Below, piece after piece: positions 45,692 through 55,213 of a stretch of 64,000 nucleotides of DNA. How positions within the stretch are numbered: the stretch's first letter is position 1; every line of letters starts with the position of its first letter. The position numbers and the translations under genes were made by a program. Under the pieces are notes generated by a model. That model was not told the DNA's origin and searched no databases. It saw nothing but the letters and a program-made list of their open reading frames with translations. This DNA is from Rikenellaceae bacterium (lineage in GTDB: Bacteria; Bacteroidota; Bacteroidia; Bacteroidales; Rikenellaceae). Location: contig JAUMXM010000002.1 in NCBI GenBank assembly GCA_030529085.1, positions 13,164 to 77,163 of the forward strand, in the 5' to 3' direction.

Positions 45692-47953
45692 TTACTTCAA
45701 ACGAATCAATACGGGAGTTCCCCCCTGCACCTTCTCGCCGGGGGCTATCGACTGCGCATGGACAGCACCCGACCCCTCGATCTGCACCCTCAAACCGGCA
45801 TACTCCAACAGGAAGAGGGCATCTTTGAGCCCCATCCCCTTGACGTTGGGCATCACACCGCGTTCGGCCGGCTGGCTCACAAGGGTCACGTGCGCCAAGG
45901 AGTCGATCTCGGCACGACCCCACCCCTGACGCTTGTCGAAGGATAGGCGGGGCGAGAGTTCGTCGGCCACCTCGCGCAGCTGACCAATCGAGCCCCCCTT
46001 CAGGCGCTCGGGGGCATAGCGATCCTCGGTTTCAAGCGTCGAGGCCCAATCCTGCTCACGGCCGTAGATATACTCCACGACGCGCTTCACGACGGGACCC
46101 GCCAGACCGGCACCGTAGTAGGCCTTGCCCGCCTGCTGCTTGGTGCGAATCGTGGTCAAGACCGTATAGCGGGGCTTATCGGCCGGGAAGTAGGCCACCA
46201 TCGAACCGAGGTAGTGCCCCTTCTCGCCTGAGGTAATCTGAGCCGTACCCGTCTTGGCACCCACACTAAAGCGGGTTGTATCGCTAAAGAAGGGGGCCGC
46301 CGTACCCGTCTTGGCCACCTCCTCAAGGCAGTCGCGGACAATGTGAAGGGTCTCTTTCGAGCAGATCTCCTCGCGCAGGGTACGCGTCTTGAAACGCTCG
46401 ACAACCTCGTCACCGCGGCGCAGCTCGCGCACCAGAATCGGGGCGATCTTCTTACCGCCGTTGGCGATGGCGTTGTAGAAGGTGAGCATCTGAATCGGGG
46501 TCATCTGCACACGGTAGCCGTAGGACATCTTGACAAGCATAATCCCCGGGTCGGGCACACGCCACTCACGCGTGATGCTCGGCTTGCGCTCACCCAGCAG
46601 CGTATCGGCCAAGACCCTTTCGCCAAGCCCCAGGACCTCGTTGAGGTGGTTGCTGAAGCGCTGCTTCTGCCCCGTAGCTCCGTAGTACTCCCAAACGGCC
46701 TTGGCAAAGTAGACATTCGACGAGCCGGCCACGGCCCGCTTCAGGGCGATCGTGTGATCGCCGCGGTGGGAGTCGCGGATATTATCGGCCGGGCCCACCT
46801 TGACGGGATTGCCGTCGCGGGTTTCGTACTCGCGGTCGGGCGACATCTTCGCCTCGTCGAGCAGCGTGAGGATGGTCGCCAGCTTGAAGGTCGAGCCGGG
46901 CTCCATCGAGCGGCTCAAGGCGTAGTTCTCGCGCTCGGTGAGCTTCCCATCGGCCGAGCGACCCACGTTGGCCATCGCCAAAATCTCACCCGTAGCGGTC
47001 TCCATCACCAGCGTTGTACCCCAGGTGGCATTCTGCCGCTCGAGCTGCTCGCGCAGCGCCTTGTCGGCGACATCCTGCAGGTTCAAATCGAGAGTCGTCA
47101 CCACATCCAGTCCGTCGATGGCATCGCGGTGCTCGGCCTCGGCCACGCGGGTCGAGAAGCCGCGCGCAATACGCTGACGAATCGAGAAGCCATCGACACC
47201 CTCCAGCTCCTCGGCATAGAGCATCTCGAGGCCATAGTTACCCGCCGTACCGGTGCGACCGATCAGACGGCGCGCCAGGTCACCCTGGGGGTAGATGCGT
47301 TGGTCATATTCCGAGAGGAAGTAGGTCACTCCCATGTTGTAGTTCAGAATCGGGTAGCGGCGCAACACCTCCCACTCGCCATAATCGACATCGCGCGGGA
47401 AGAGCACCGTGGGGCGGTGGTTGCGCAGGGTGTCGCGCACACGCTCGGTCACCTTAGCGCGCCCCGTCATCAGGTCGATCAACAACAGCAACAACCCCTC
47501 ATCCTCGCGGTAGTAGGTCGTATCGTACTCCTTGCCGAGCTTGTAGCGACGCGCCGAGTCGCGCTTGGCACGCAGCAGACGGCGGTAGCCCTCGACCGAG
47601 CGGTCACCGAAGTAGGCCGACAAGAGTTTGGCCAGCGAGTCGGATTGGGTGAGGTAGGTCTCCTCGTCGGCAAAACCCTCCGAGGCGAAGTCGAACTTGG
47701 GTTGGTAGCGGAAGAGCGATGTGGCCAACGGCTCTCCATCGCGTGCCAGGATATTGCCACGACGGGCATAGATCGTATCGGGCAGGAAGATGCGGGTCGA
47801 GAGTCGCTCGGCATTGATGCGGGTCTCGCGGGCAAAGAACTGGACATAGACCAGGCGCACCAACACCACCGCCACCAAGACGATGAAGAAGATGTAGAGC
47901 AGGCGGACACGCAACAGGATGTCGCTCTTGATCGGGGAGTCTTCCTGTGCCAT
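45692..47953 (-). CDS. ftsI: Class B penicillin-binding protein FtsI/PBP3 with C-terminal PASTA domain
   Basis: RGNILARDG, RIYPQG, STFK (SxxK), SSN, KTGT and MPNVKGMGLKDA motifs. Confidence 0.93.
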   Translation of the reverse strand: MAQEDSPIKSDILLRVRLLYIFFIVLVAVVLVRLVYVQFFARETRINAERLSTRIFLPDTIYARRGNILARDGEPLATSLFRYQPKFDFASEGFADEETYLTQSDSLAKLLSAYFGDRSVEGYRRLLRAKRDSARRYKLGKEYDTTYYREDEGLLLLLIDLMTGRAKVTERVRDTLRNHRPTVLFPRDVDYGEWEVLRRYPILNYNMGVTYFLSEYDQRIYPQGDLARRLIGRTGTAGNYGLEMLYAEELEGVDGFSIRQRIARGFSTRVAEAEHRDAIDGLDVVTTLDLNLQDVADKALREQLERQNATWGTTLVMETATGEILAMANVGRSADGKLTERENYALSRSMEPGSTFKLATILTLLDEAKMSPDREYETRDGNPVKVGPADNIRDSHRGDHTIALKRAVAGSSNVYFAKAVWEYYGATGQKQRFSNHLNEVLGLGERVLADTLLGERKPSITREWRVPDPGIMLVKMSYGYRVQMTPIQMLTFYNAIANGGKKIAPILVRELRRGDEVVERFKTRTLREEICSKETLHIVRDCLEEVAKTGTAAPFFSDTTRFSVGAKTGTAQITSGEKGHYLGSMVAYFPADKPRYTVLTTIRTKQQAGKAYYGAGLAGPVVKRVVEYIYGREQDWASTLETEDRYAPERLKGGSIGQLREVADELSPRLSFDKRQGWGRAEIDSLAHVTLVSQPAERGVMPNVKGMGLKDALFLLEYAGLRVQIEGSGAVHAQSIAPGEKVQGGTPVLIRLK

Positions 47954-47955
47954 GG

Positions 47956-48468
47956 CTACTCAATGATTTGACCCGGACGAAGGGGATCTTGTAACACAAT
48001 ACCGCGCTTTTCCAACTCACGGCTCACAGCCGTATGGGTAGCACGACTATAACGCAGCTCCTCGAGGCGAATCGACTTCTCGCGCAACTTCTGCACCTCG
48101 CGCTCGAGGCGCGAGTAGCGCAAATCGAGGTGCAACGACCAGAACAAGACCACGATGTTGAGGAAGAACATCGCAGCAATGGTCAGCAGGTAGGGATAGG
48201 TCTTGGCAGCACTCTCGCCCACCAGAATCGTACCCGAGAAGAGGCGGTAGATCGGGTTGCGACGGCGACGCTCACGGCGCTCCTCCAGCTCGACGCGCTC
48301 CGCCTCGGCAGCCTCCTCCGCCTCGCGATCGGCAGCCAGGTCCTCCTCTGCCTCACCGCTCTGCACACGGACCACCTCCCGACGGATACGACGCGCCAGG
48401 AGCTCCTCCTCCGCTTGGCGGCGGGCCTCCTCTTCGCGTTCGGGGTAGAAATCGTGATCGTGTAACAT
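47956..48468 (-). CDS. ftsL: FtsL-like cell division protein with long charged N-terminus
   Basis: Lies between rsmH and ftsI; single TM helix followed by a coiled coil. Confidence 0.8.
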   Translation of the reverse strand: MLHDHDFYPEREEEARRQAEEELLARRIRREVVRVQSGEAEEDLAADREAEEAAEAERVELEERRERRRRNPIYRLFSGTILVGESAAKTYPYLLTIAAMFFLNIVVLFWSLHLDLRYSRLEREVQKLREKSIRLEELRYSRATHTAVSRELEKRGIVLQDPLRPGQIIE

Positions 48469-48498
48469 AGCTTGATGGGGTAAAATGGGTGGCGAAAA

Positions 48499-49407
48499 TT
48501 AAAGCTTAGTGGCAGCGCGCAGCTTGGCCGAGCGCGAACGAGGGTTGCGCTCCAGCTCCTCGCCATCGGGAACAACCGCCTTGCGGGTCACCACCTCGAA
48601 GGGTTGCGAGGTACGACCGAAGAAATCCTTCTCGACCTTGCCCTCGAAGTTGCCGCTGCGCAGGAAGTTCTTCACCAGGCGATCCTCGAGCGAGTGGTAG
48701 GCGATGACCACCAGGCGACCGCCCGGCTTGAGCATCTTGAGGCTCTGCTCGAGGGCCATCTTGAGGGCCTCCATCTCGCCATTGACCTCAATGCGGAGGG
48801 CCTGAAAGAGCTTCGTGAGGAACTTCGACTCATCCTTCTTCGGGGTGCAGGGCTTGACCGCCTCGACCAACGCCGCCGTGGTCTCGATGCGCCCCTTCGA
48901 ACGGGCACGCTCCAAGCAGGAGGCGATCTTCCAGGGGGTATCCAACTCGCCCCAATCACGGAAGATGCGGGTCAACTCCTCGGCCGAGTAGTCGTTGACC
49001 ACATCGGCAGCCGTCAGGCGACCGCGCTGATTCATGCGCATATCGAGGGGCGCCTCGCCACGAAACGAGAAGCCGCGCTCCAGCTCGTCGAAGTGGTGCG
49101 ACGAGACACCCAGGTCGGCCAGGATGCCGTCGACAGCCTCGACACCGCGCCAACGCAGGGCGCCGCGCAGAAAACGGAAGTTGCTTGCCACATAGTGGAA
49201 GCGGTCGTCGTCGGGGGCATTGGCCAGGGTATCTTTGTCCTGATCGAAACTGTAGAGGCGACCCTCGGGGCCGAGCTTCGAGAGGATATGACGCGAGTGA
49301 CCACCACCGCCAAAGGTGAGGTCGGCATAGATGCCATGGGGCTTAATGTCAAGCAGATCGACCGAGGCTTCGAGCAGCACAGGGACGTGGTATGTGGGTT
49401 GTTCCAT
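48499..49407 (-). CDS. rsmH: 16S rRNA (cytosine(1402)-N4)-methyltransferase
   Basis: HVPVL, TFGGGGHS, DLGVSS, LDMRM, FQALRIEVN, HSLEDR and NPRSRSAKLR motifs. Confidence 0.97.
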   Translation of the reverse strand: MEQPTYHVPVLLEASVDLLDIKPHGIYADLTFGGGGHSRHILSKLGPEGRLYSFDQDKDTLANAPDDDRFHYVASNFRFLRGALRWRGVEAVDGILADLGVSSHHFDELERGFSFRGEAPLDMRMNQRGRLTAADVVNDYSAEELTRIFRDWGELDTPWKIASCLERARSKGRIETTAALVEAVKPCTPKKDESKFLTKLFQALRIEVNGEMEALKMALEQSLKMLKPGGRLVVIAYHSLEDRLVKNFLRSGNFEGKVEKDFFGRTSQPFEVVTRKAVVPDGEELERNPRSRSAKLRAATKL

Positions 49408-49472
49408 AGTTCGTTTTTTCGACCGTAGGTCGATTTGGGTGTAAAGTTAGGGATTTTTCAAAAAAGAATGCC

Positions 49473-49480
49473 TATATTTG
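49473..49480 (+). promoter_or_regulatory. -7 element (TATATTTG) for the acyltransferase gene
   Basis: TAnnTTTG 27 nt upstream of the ATG at 49508. Confidence 0.6.
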
Positions 49481-49507
49481 TCGATATAATTTTCAACAAA
49501 ACGACGA

Positions 49508-50338
49508 ATGGCAAAAAAGGTAGATGTGGCTGTTGTGCTTCGTGAAAAGGCTCCGAAATGGGCCGACAAGGTGCCGACGTGGGCCATCAATTGGCTGCGC
49601 CGCACGATTCACGAGGAGGAGCTGAATCACATATACGACAACTATTGGGACCTCAAACCGCAACCCTTCATCCAGGCCTGCTTCCGCGACTGGAACGTAA
49701 GCTATTCGATTGAGGGTCTGGATGATCTGGAGGAGGATGGACGCTATCTCTTCGTCTCGAACCACCCCTTTGGCGGCATGGACGGACTGATGCTCATCGA
49801 CAAACTCATCGGGCGCTTTGGCGATGTAAGGGTCGTGGTCAACGACATCCTGAAGGTCGTATCGCCGCTCGAGGAGCTCTGGGTGCCGGTCAACAAACAC
49901 GGCGCTCAGAACAGCGACTGCGCCCGTCGCTTCGAGGAGGCTTTTTTTGGCGATAAGCCGATTTTGACCTTTCCGGCCGGACTCTGCTCGCGCCGCATCG
50001 AGGGCAAAGTGCAGGACCTGCCCTGGAAAATGAACTTCCTAAAGAAGGCCTACGCCTCGCAGCGCACCATCGTTCCGATCTTTGTCGAGGGCAAGCTCTC
50101 GAACTTCTTCTACAACCTGAGCAACATCCGTAAAGCGTTGGGAATCAAGGCCAACATCGAGATGCTATGGCTCGTCGACGAGATGTTCCGCCAACACGAC
50201 CGCCACTTTCGCATCCGCGTCGGCAAGCCCATCGACCTCACCGAACTGCACGAGGTCGGGACCCTGCAGGAGCAGGTGCATTACATCCGCGAAAAGTGCT
50301 ATGCCTTGGAAAAAGAACTTCCGAATTTGACGAAATAG
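49508..50338 (+). CDS. PlsC-like lipid O-acyltransferase (GlsA/OlsA-type by context)
   Basis: NHPFGGMD (HxxxxD) and FPAG motifs; adjacent to an OlsB-type N-acyltransferase. Confidence 0.85.
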   Translation: MAKKVDVAVVLREKAPKWADKVPTWAINWLRRTIHEEELNHIYDNYWDLKPQPFIQACFRDWNVSYSIEGLDDLEEDGRYLFVSNHPFGGMDGLMLIDKLIGRFGDVRVVVNDILKVVSPLEELWVPVNKHGAQNSDCARRFEEAFFGDKPILTFPAGLCSRRIEGKVQDLPWKMNFLKKAYASQRTIVPIFVEGKLSNFFYNLSNIRKALGIKANIEMLWLVDEMFRQHDRHFRIRVGKPIDLTELHEVGTLQEQVHYIREKCYALEKELPNLTK

Positions 50339-50362
50339 CACAAAAAAAATCGAGAAAAAGCG

Positions 50363-50370
50363 TATCTTTG
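50363..50370 (+). promoter_or_regulatory. -7 element (TATCTTTG) for the N-acyltransferase gene
   Basis: TAnnTTTG in the 58-nt gap. Confidence 0.5.
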
Positions 50371-50396
50371 TCCAAACGAACAAGCAAAAACAAGGT

Positions 50397-51410
50397 ATGG
50401 AACCCATTATAGCCCCCATAGCGCGCGACCTGCTGAAGGCCGAACTAACCCCCGAACGCAAGCTCCGCGACACGAACCACGCCGCCAACGAGATCTATGT
50501 CTTCACGGCCGAGGCGTGTCCCGCCCTGATGCGTGAGGTGGGTCGTCTGCGCGAGGAGGCCTTCCGTGCCGCCGGCGGTGGTACGGGCCAGGAGGTCGAT
50601 ATCGACGACGAAGATACCGCCCCCGGAGGCTACTACCAGCTCATCGTGTGGGACCCCGAAGCCGAGGAGATCGTCGGCGGCTACCGCTTCATCGTCTGCA
50701 CCTCGGACAACCCCTGCCACCTCTCGACCGAGCACTACTTCCGCTTCAGCAACCGTTTCCGCCGTCGCTACCTGCCCTACACCCTCGAGCTGGGACGCTC
50801 GTTTGTGCAGTCGGCCTACCAGACGCGCGCCAACCGCAAGAGCATCTATGCGCTCGACAACCTCTGGGACGGCATCGGTGCGCTTGTGGTGCTAAACCCC
50901 AAGGTCAAATACCTCTTCGGCAAGGTGACGATGTACACTTCGTTCCCGGTCGAGGCCCGCAACGCCCTGATTTGGTTCCTGCACCACTATTTTGCTGATT
51001 ACGAGAATCTTGTGGAGGGCATCCACCCCATCGAACTCGACCTCGACAACCCGCGCTACGAGCAGATCTTCACGGGCGAAAGTTTCCGCGAGAATTACCA
51101 CATCCTCATGCAACTCATCCGCGAATACAACGAGCACATTCCGCCCCTGATCAATGCCTACATGAACCTCTCGCCCACGATGCGCGTCTTCGACACGGTG
51201 ACCAACCCCGATTTCGGCGATGTGGAGGAGACCGGCATCCTGGTGACGGTGCCCGACATCTACCCCGAGAAGCGCGAGCGCTACATGCGCTGGGAGGGGT
51301 GGCGACGCAACCTGCGCGCCCGCCGCGAAGAGTTCCGCCTGGCACTCATCGACCACATCGACCGCGTGAAACGCCGCCGCAAGGCTCGAGCCAAGGCAGC
51401 CGAAAAGTAA
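50397..51410 (+). CDS. GNAT N-acyltransferase (GlsB/OlsB-type, amino-lipid synthase)
   Basis: EVGRLREEAFRAAGGG, IVGGYR, LELGRSFV, LWDGIG, YLFGKV and PPLINAY motifs. Confidence 0.87.
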   Translation: MEPIIAPIARDLLKAELTPERKLRDTNHAANEIYVFTAEACPALMREVGRLREEAFRAAGGGTGQEVDIDDEDTAPGGYYQLIVWDPEAEEIVGGYRFIVCTSDNPCHLSTEHYFRFSNRFRRRYLPYTLELGRSFVQSAYQTRANRKSIYALDNLWDGIGALVVLNPKVKYLFGKVTMYTSFPVEARNALIWFLHHYFADYENLVEGIHPIELDLDNPRYEQIFTGESFRENYHILMQLIREYNEHIPPLINAYMNLSPTMRVFDTVTNPDFGDVEETGILVTVPDIYPEKRERYMRWEGWRRNLRARREEFRLALIDHIDRVKRRRKARAKAAEK

Positions 51411-51414
51411 TGAG

Positions 51415-51439
51415 AGGGAGTCAGCGACTCCCTTTTTTT
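51415..51439 (+). terminator. Intrinsic terminator
   Basis: agggagtc/gactccct stem plus a T-tail. Confidence 0.8.
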
Positions 51440-51492
51440 GGCTCAAGGGGCAAAAATTTATCGAAAAACGATATATTTTTCGATAGAATCAC

Positions 51493-51500
51493 TATATTTG
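51493..51500 (+). promoter_or_regulatory. -7 element (TATATTTG) for the ABC transporter operon
   Basis: TAnnTTTG 33 nt upstream of the ATG. Confidence 0.6.
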
Positions 51501-51533
51501 CGCTATTAAGTTAGAAACCTAAATACGCAAGCC

Positions 51534-52454
51534 ATGAATCTGCTTACCGTAGAACACGTATCGAAACACTTCGCAGCGCACACGGCGCTCGATGATGTGT
51601 CGCTCACCATTCCGCAAGGCTCGGTCTATGGGCTTCTTGGCCCGAACGGCGCTGGTAAAACTACCCTGATTCGTATCATCAACCGCATCACGGCACCCGA
51701 CTCGGGATGCGTCATGTTGGGCGATCGCCCGCTGCAAGCAGAAGATGTCTACCGCATCGGCTACCTGCCCGAGGAGCGCGGCCTCTACAAAAAGATGAAG
51801 GTGGGCGAACAGGCCCTCTTCTTTGCCCGCCTCAAGGGGCTCTCGCGCCGCGACGCCCTCAAGGGGCTGAAGCTCTGGTTCGAGAAGTTCGGCATCGAGT
51901 CGTGGTGGGACAAGAAGGTCGAGGAGCTCTCGAAGGGTATGGCCCAAAAGGTGCAGTTCATCGTCACGGTGCTCCACAAACCCGAGCTGCTGATCTTCGA
52001 CGAGCCCTTCTCGGGCTTCGACCCGATCAATGCCAACCTCCTCAAAGAGGAGATTCTGGCCCTGCGCGACGAGGGTGCCACGATCATCTTCTCGACCCAC
52101 AACATGTCGTCGGTCGAGGAGCTCTGCGACCACATCACCCTAATCAACAAGTCGAAAAATATCCTCTCGGGCAATGTCGACGAGATTCGCCGCCGCTACG
52201 GGGCCAACATCTTCGAGCTCTCGTATCGCGGTGAGGAGCAGACGTTGCGCACAGCCTTGAACGAGAAGTGCCAGATCCTGGAGGGCGCGGAGGCGGTGAC
52301 GGGCTTCAACACCCTGAAGCTCTGCGTCGAGGAGGATAACCGCGTGCGCGAGGTAATCGCCGCAGCCAACGAGACGGTCGAGTTGCGCTCGTTCCGCGAA
52401 CTGATTCCGTCAATGAACGATATTTTTATCCGCGCCGTGAGCGGCTCGTTATAA
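51534..52454 (+). CDS. ABC-2 transporter ATP-binding protein (YhaQ/NatA-like)
   Basis: GPNGAGKT, GYLPEERGLY, LSKGM, FDEPFSG and STH motifs. Confidence 0.92.
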   Translation: MNLLTVEHVSKHFAAHTALDDVSLTIPQGSVYGLLGPNGAGKTTLIRIINRITAPDSGCVMLGDRPLQAEDVYRIGYLPEERGLYKKMKVGEQALFFARLKGLSRRDALKGLKLWFEKFGIESWWDKKVEELSKGMAQKVQFIVTVLHKPELLIFDEPFSGFDPINANLLKEEILALRDEGATIIFSTHNMSSVEELCDHITLINKSKNILSGNVDEIRRRYGANIFELSYRGEEQTLRTALNEKCQILEGAEAVTGFNTLKLCVEEDNRVREVIAAANETVELRSFRELIPSMNDIFIRAVSGSL

Positions 52455-52475
52455 AAGGCCTAAAAACAACGAATT

Positions 52476-53780
52476 ATGAGCAAGATAGGTATTATCATCG
52501 GGCGCGAATTCAACGAGCGCGTTCGCAAAAAGTCCTTCATCATCACCACGCTGCTGATGCCGATTCTGATGATTGGTCTGATGGTAGCTCCCGCCCTGAT
52601 TATGGAGTTCTCGCAGGGCGATGAGAAGCATATCACGGTCATCGACCGCAGTGGTTTGGTGGCTCCGCAGCTCGAGAGCGACGAAGAGGTGATCTTCGAA
52701 TCCTCGACCATCCCCCTCGAGGAGGCGCGCCGCGAGCTGACCGAGCAGTTTGCCATCCTCTACATCGGCGATGATATTCTCGAAAACCCGAACGCCGTGC
52801 AACTCTATGCCAACTCCTCGACCTCGATAGGGCTGGAGTTGAACATCACGGGGCAAATCGAACGCATCCTGGAGGAGGAGAAGCTCAAAAAGCACGAGAT
52901 CCACAATCTGCAAGCGATTCTGGAGGAGATCGAAACAACGGTGACGATGCAGACCTTCCGCAACGACAAGTCGCAGGAGGAGTCGAGCGAGGCGCAATCC
53001 TCGATTGTGGCCACCCTGTTGGGTTACATCCTCTCGTTTGTGCTCTACATGTTCCTCTTGATCTACGGCTCGATGGTGATGCAGTCGGTCATCGAGGAGA
53101 AAAGCAACCGCGTACTGGAGGTGATGGTCTCGTCGGTCAAGCCCTTCGACATGATGCTGGGCAAGATCCTCGGCGTGGGTTGCGTGGCGGTGCTCCAGGT
53201 GGCTATCTGGGGCGTGCTGATGCTCGGCGTGAGTGCCTTCGTGCTGCCCAACCTAATGCCCGAGGATGTGATGTCGGCCGCCTCGTCGGTGGAGATGGCT
53301 GCCGCCTCGGACCTCAATCCCGATATGTTGCAGGCCGTCTCGGCAATGACCGACACGGGCTACCTGATCAAAATCTTCGGCTCGATGCTCCTCTTTGTCT
53401 TTGGCGGATTCCTGCTCTACGCGGCGATGTTTGCCGCCGTAGGTTCGGCCGTGGACAATGTGCAGGATGCAGCCCAGCTCCAGACCCCCATCACGATCCC
53501 CATCATCCTCGGTCTGTTGATGATGATGGCCGTGATCAACGACCCCAACTCCTCGCTCGCCTTCTGGTTCTCGATCTTCCCCCTCACCTCGCCCATCGTG
53601 ATGATGGCCCGCATCCCCTACGATATTCCGCTCTGGGAGATCGGCCTCTCGCTCGTGGTGCTCTACCTCTCGTTCATGGCCTTGGTGTGGGTGGCGGCCA
53701 AAATCTACCGCGTGGGAATCTTTATGTATGGCAAGAAACCGACCCTCAAGGAGCTCTGGAAGTGGATGCGATATAATTAA
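52476..53780 (+). CDS. ABC-2 transporter permease (YhaP/NatB-like)
   Basis: REFNERVRKKSF and EEKSNRVLEVMVSSV...GKILG motifs; multiple TM helices. Confidence 0.9.
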   Translation: MSKIGIIIGREFNERVRKKSFIITTLLMPILMIGLMVAPALIMEFSQGDEKHITVIDRSGLVAPQLESDEEVIFESSTIPLEEARRELTEQFAILYIGDDILENPNAVQLYANSSTSIGLELNITGQIERILEEEKLKKHEIHNLQAILEEIETTVTMQTFRNDKSQEESSEAQSSIVATLLGYILSFVLYMFLLIYGSMVMQSVIEEKSNRVLEVMVSSVKPFDMMLGKILGVGCVAVLQVAIWGVLMLGVSAFVLPNLMPEDVMSAASSVEMAAASDLNPDMLQAVSAMTDTGYLIKIFGSMLLFVFGGFLLYAAMFAAVGSAVDNVQDAAQLQTPITIPIILGLLMMMAVINDPNSSLAFWFSIFPLTSPIVMMARIPYDIPLWEIGLSLVVLYLSFMALVWVAAKIYRVGIFMYGKKPTLKELWKWMRYN

Positions 53781-53826
53781 TTATATCCAAAATCCGAATT
53801 TTAGAACTTTGAATCCAAATTTGTTG

Positions 53827-53834
53827 TATATTTG
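53827..53834 (+). promoter_or_regulatory. -7 element (TATATTTG) for pgk
   Basis: TAnnTTTG 55 nt upstream of the ATG. Confidence 0.6.
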
Positions 53835-53889
53835 CAGCGCAAAATAAGCAGTAAGCAAAACAAGTAACAATACTAAATATCAAACGACT

Positions 53890-55149
53890 ATGGTTTCGAT
53901 TGACAACTACGATTTCAAAGGTAAGCGCGCTATCATCCGCGTGGATTTCAACGTGCCCGTCGATGGCGAGGGTAACGTAACCGACGACACCCGCATCCGT
54001 GCGGCCATGCCGACCGTAAAGAAGGTGCTGGCCGAGGGTGGTGCTGTGATCCTCATGTCGCACATGGGTCGCCCGAAGAAGAACCCCGACACGAAGTTTA
54101 CGCTCGAGCAGATCATCCCCGCCGTGGAGAAGAATCTGGGCGTGAAGGTTCAGTTCGCCGGTGACTGCATGGGCGAGAAGGCTGCCGAGATGTGCGCCGC
54201 TGCCAAGGCCGGTGACGTGATCCTGCTGGAGAACCTCCGCTTCTATGCCGAGGAGGAGGGTAAGCCCCGCGGTCTCTCGGCCGACGCCACGAAGGAGGAG
54301 AAGGATGCCGCCAAGAAGGCTCTGAAGGAGCCCCAGAAGGAGTTCGTGAAGAAGCTCGCTTCGTATGCCGACTGCTACATCAACGACGCATTCGGTACGG
54401 CTCACCGCAAGCACGCTTCGACCTACCTGATCGCCGAGTACTTCCCCCAGGACAAGATGTTCGGTTACCTGATGGAGAAGGAAGTTAAGGCTATCTCGGA
54501 GGTGATGGAGAAGCCCCAGCGTCCCTTCTGCGCTATCGTAGGTGGTTCGAAGGTTTCGTCGAAGATCGGCGTAATCAAGGCCCTCTTGGACAAGTGCGAT
54601 TCGATCATCATCGGTGGTGGTATGACCTACACCTTCGCAGGTGCGCTGGGTGGCAAGGTCGGTAAGTCGATCTGCGAGCCCGATATGTTCCCCGTAGCCC
54701 TCGAGATCCTCGAGATGGCCAAGGCCAAGGGTGTGAAGTTTGTCATGTCGCCCGACGCACTGACCTGCGACCAGTTCTCGGAGGAGGCCAACACGAAGGA
54801 GGCTTCGGTGATGGATATCGATCCCGAGTGGGAGGGTGTCGACATCGGCGCCGGTGGTAAGGCAGCCTTCCGCGAGCACATCCTGAGCTGCAAGACGATC
54901 CTCTGGAACGGCCCCGTAGGTGTATTCGAGATCAACAAGTTCGCAACCGGCTCGAAGGCCGTGGCCGACGCTATTGCCGAGGCTACGAAGAACGGTGCCT
55001 TCTCGCTCATCGGTGGTGGTGACTCGGTAGCCTGCGTCAACAAGTTCGGCTTGGGCGACCAGGTATCCTACATCTCGACCGGTGGTGGTGCTCTGCTGGA
55101 GTACATCGAGTTCGGCGACCTGCCGGGTGTAGCGGCTATCCGCGACTAA
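53890..55149 (+). CDS. pgk: Phosphoglycerate kinase
   Basis: [41 protein letters not shown] and STGGGA motifs. Confidence 0.97.
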   Translation: MVSIDNYDFKGKRAIIRVDFNVPVDGEGNVTDDTRIRAAMPTVKKVLAEGGAVILMSHMGRPKKNPDTKFTLEQIIPAVEKNLGVKVQFAGDCMGEKAAEMCAAAKAGDVILLENLRFYAEEEGKPRGLSADATKEEKDAAKKALKEPQKEFVKKLASYADCYINDAFGTAHRKHASTYLIAEYFPQDKMFGYLMEKEVKAISEVMEKPQRPFCAIVGGSKVSSKIGVIKALLDKCDSIIIGGGMTYTFAGALGGKVGKSICEPDMFPVALEILEMAKAKGVKFVMSPDALTCDQFSEEANTKEASVMDIDPEWEGVDIGAGGKAAFREHILSCKTILWNGPVGVFEINKFATGSKAVADAIAEATKNGAFSLIGGGDSVACVNKFGLGDQVSYISTGGGALLEYIEFGDLPGVAAIRD

Positions 55150-55151
55150 AG

Positions 55152-55184
55152 AAAAAAGGCCGCTCGAGATGAGCGGCTTTTTTT
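55152..55184 (+). terminator. Intrinsic terminator after pgk
   Basis: gccgctc/gagcggc stem plus a 7-T tail. Confidence 0.85.
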
Positions 55185-55213
55185 AATCCAACATGCAAAA
55201 TTCCAGATTCAAA

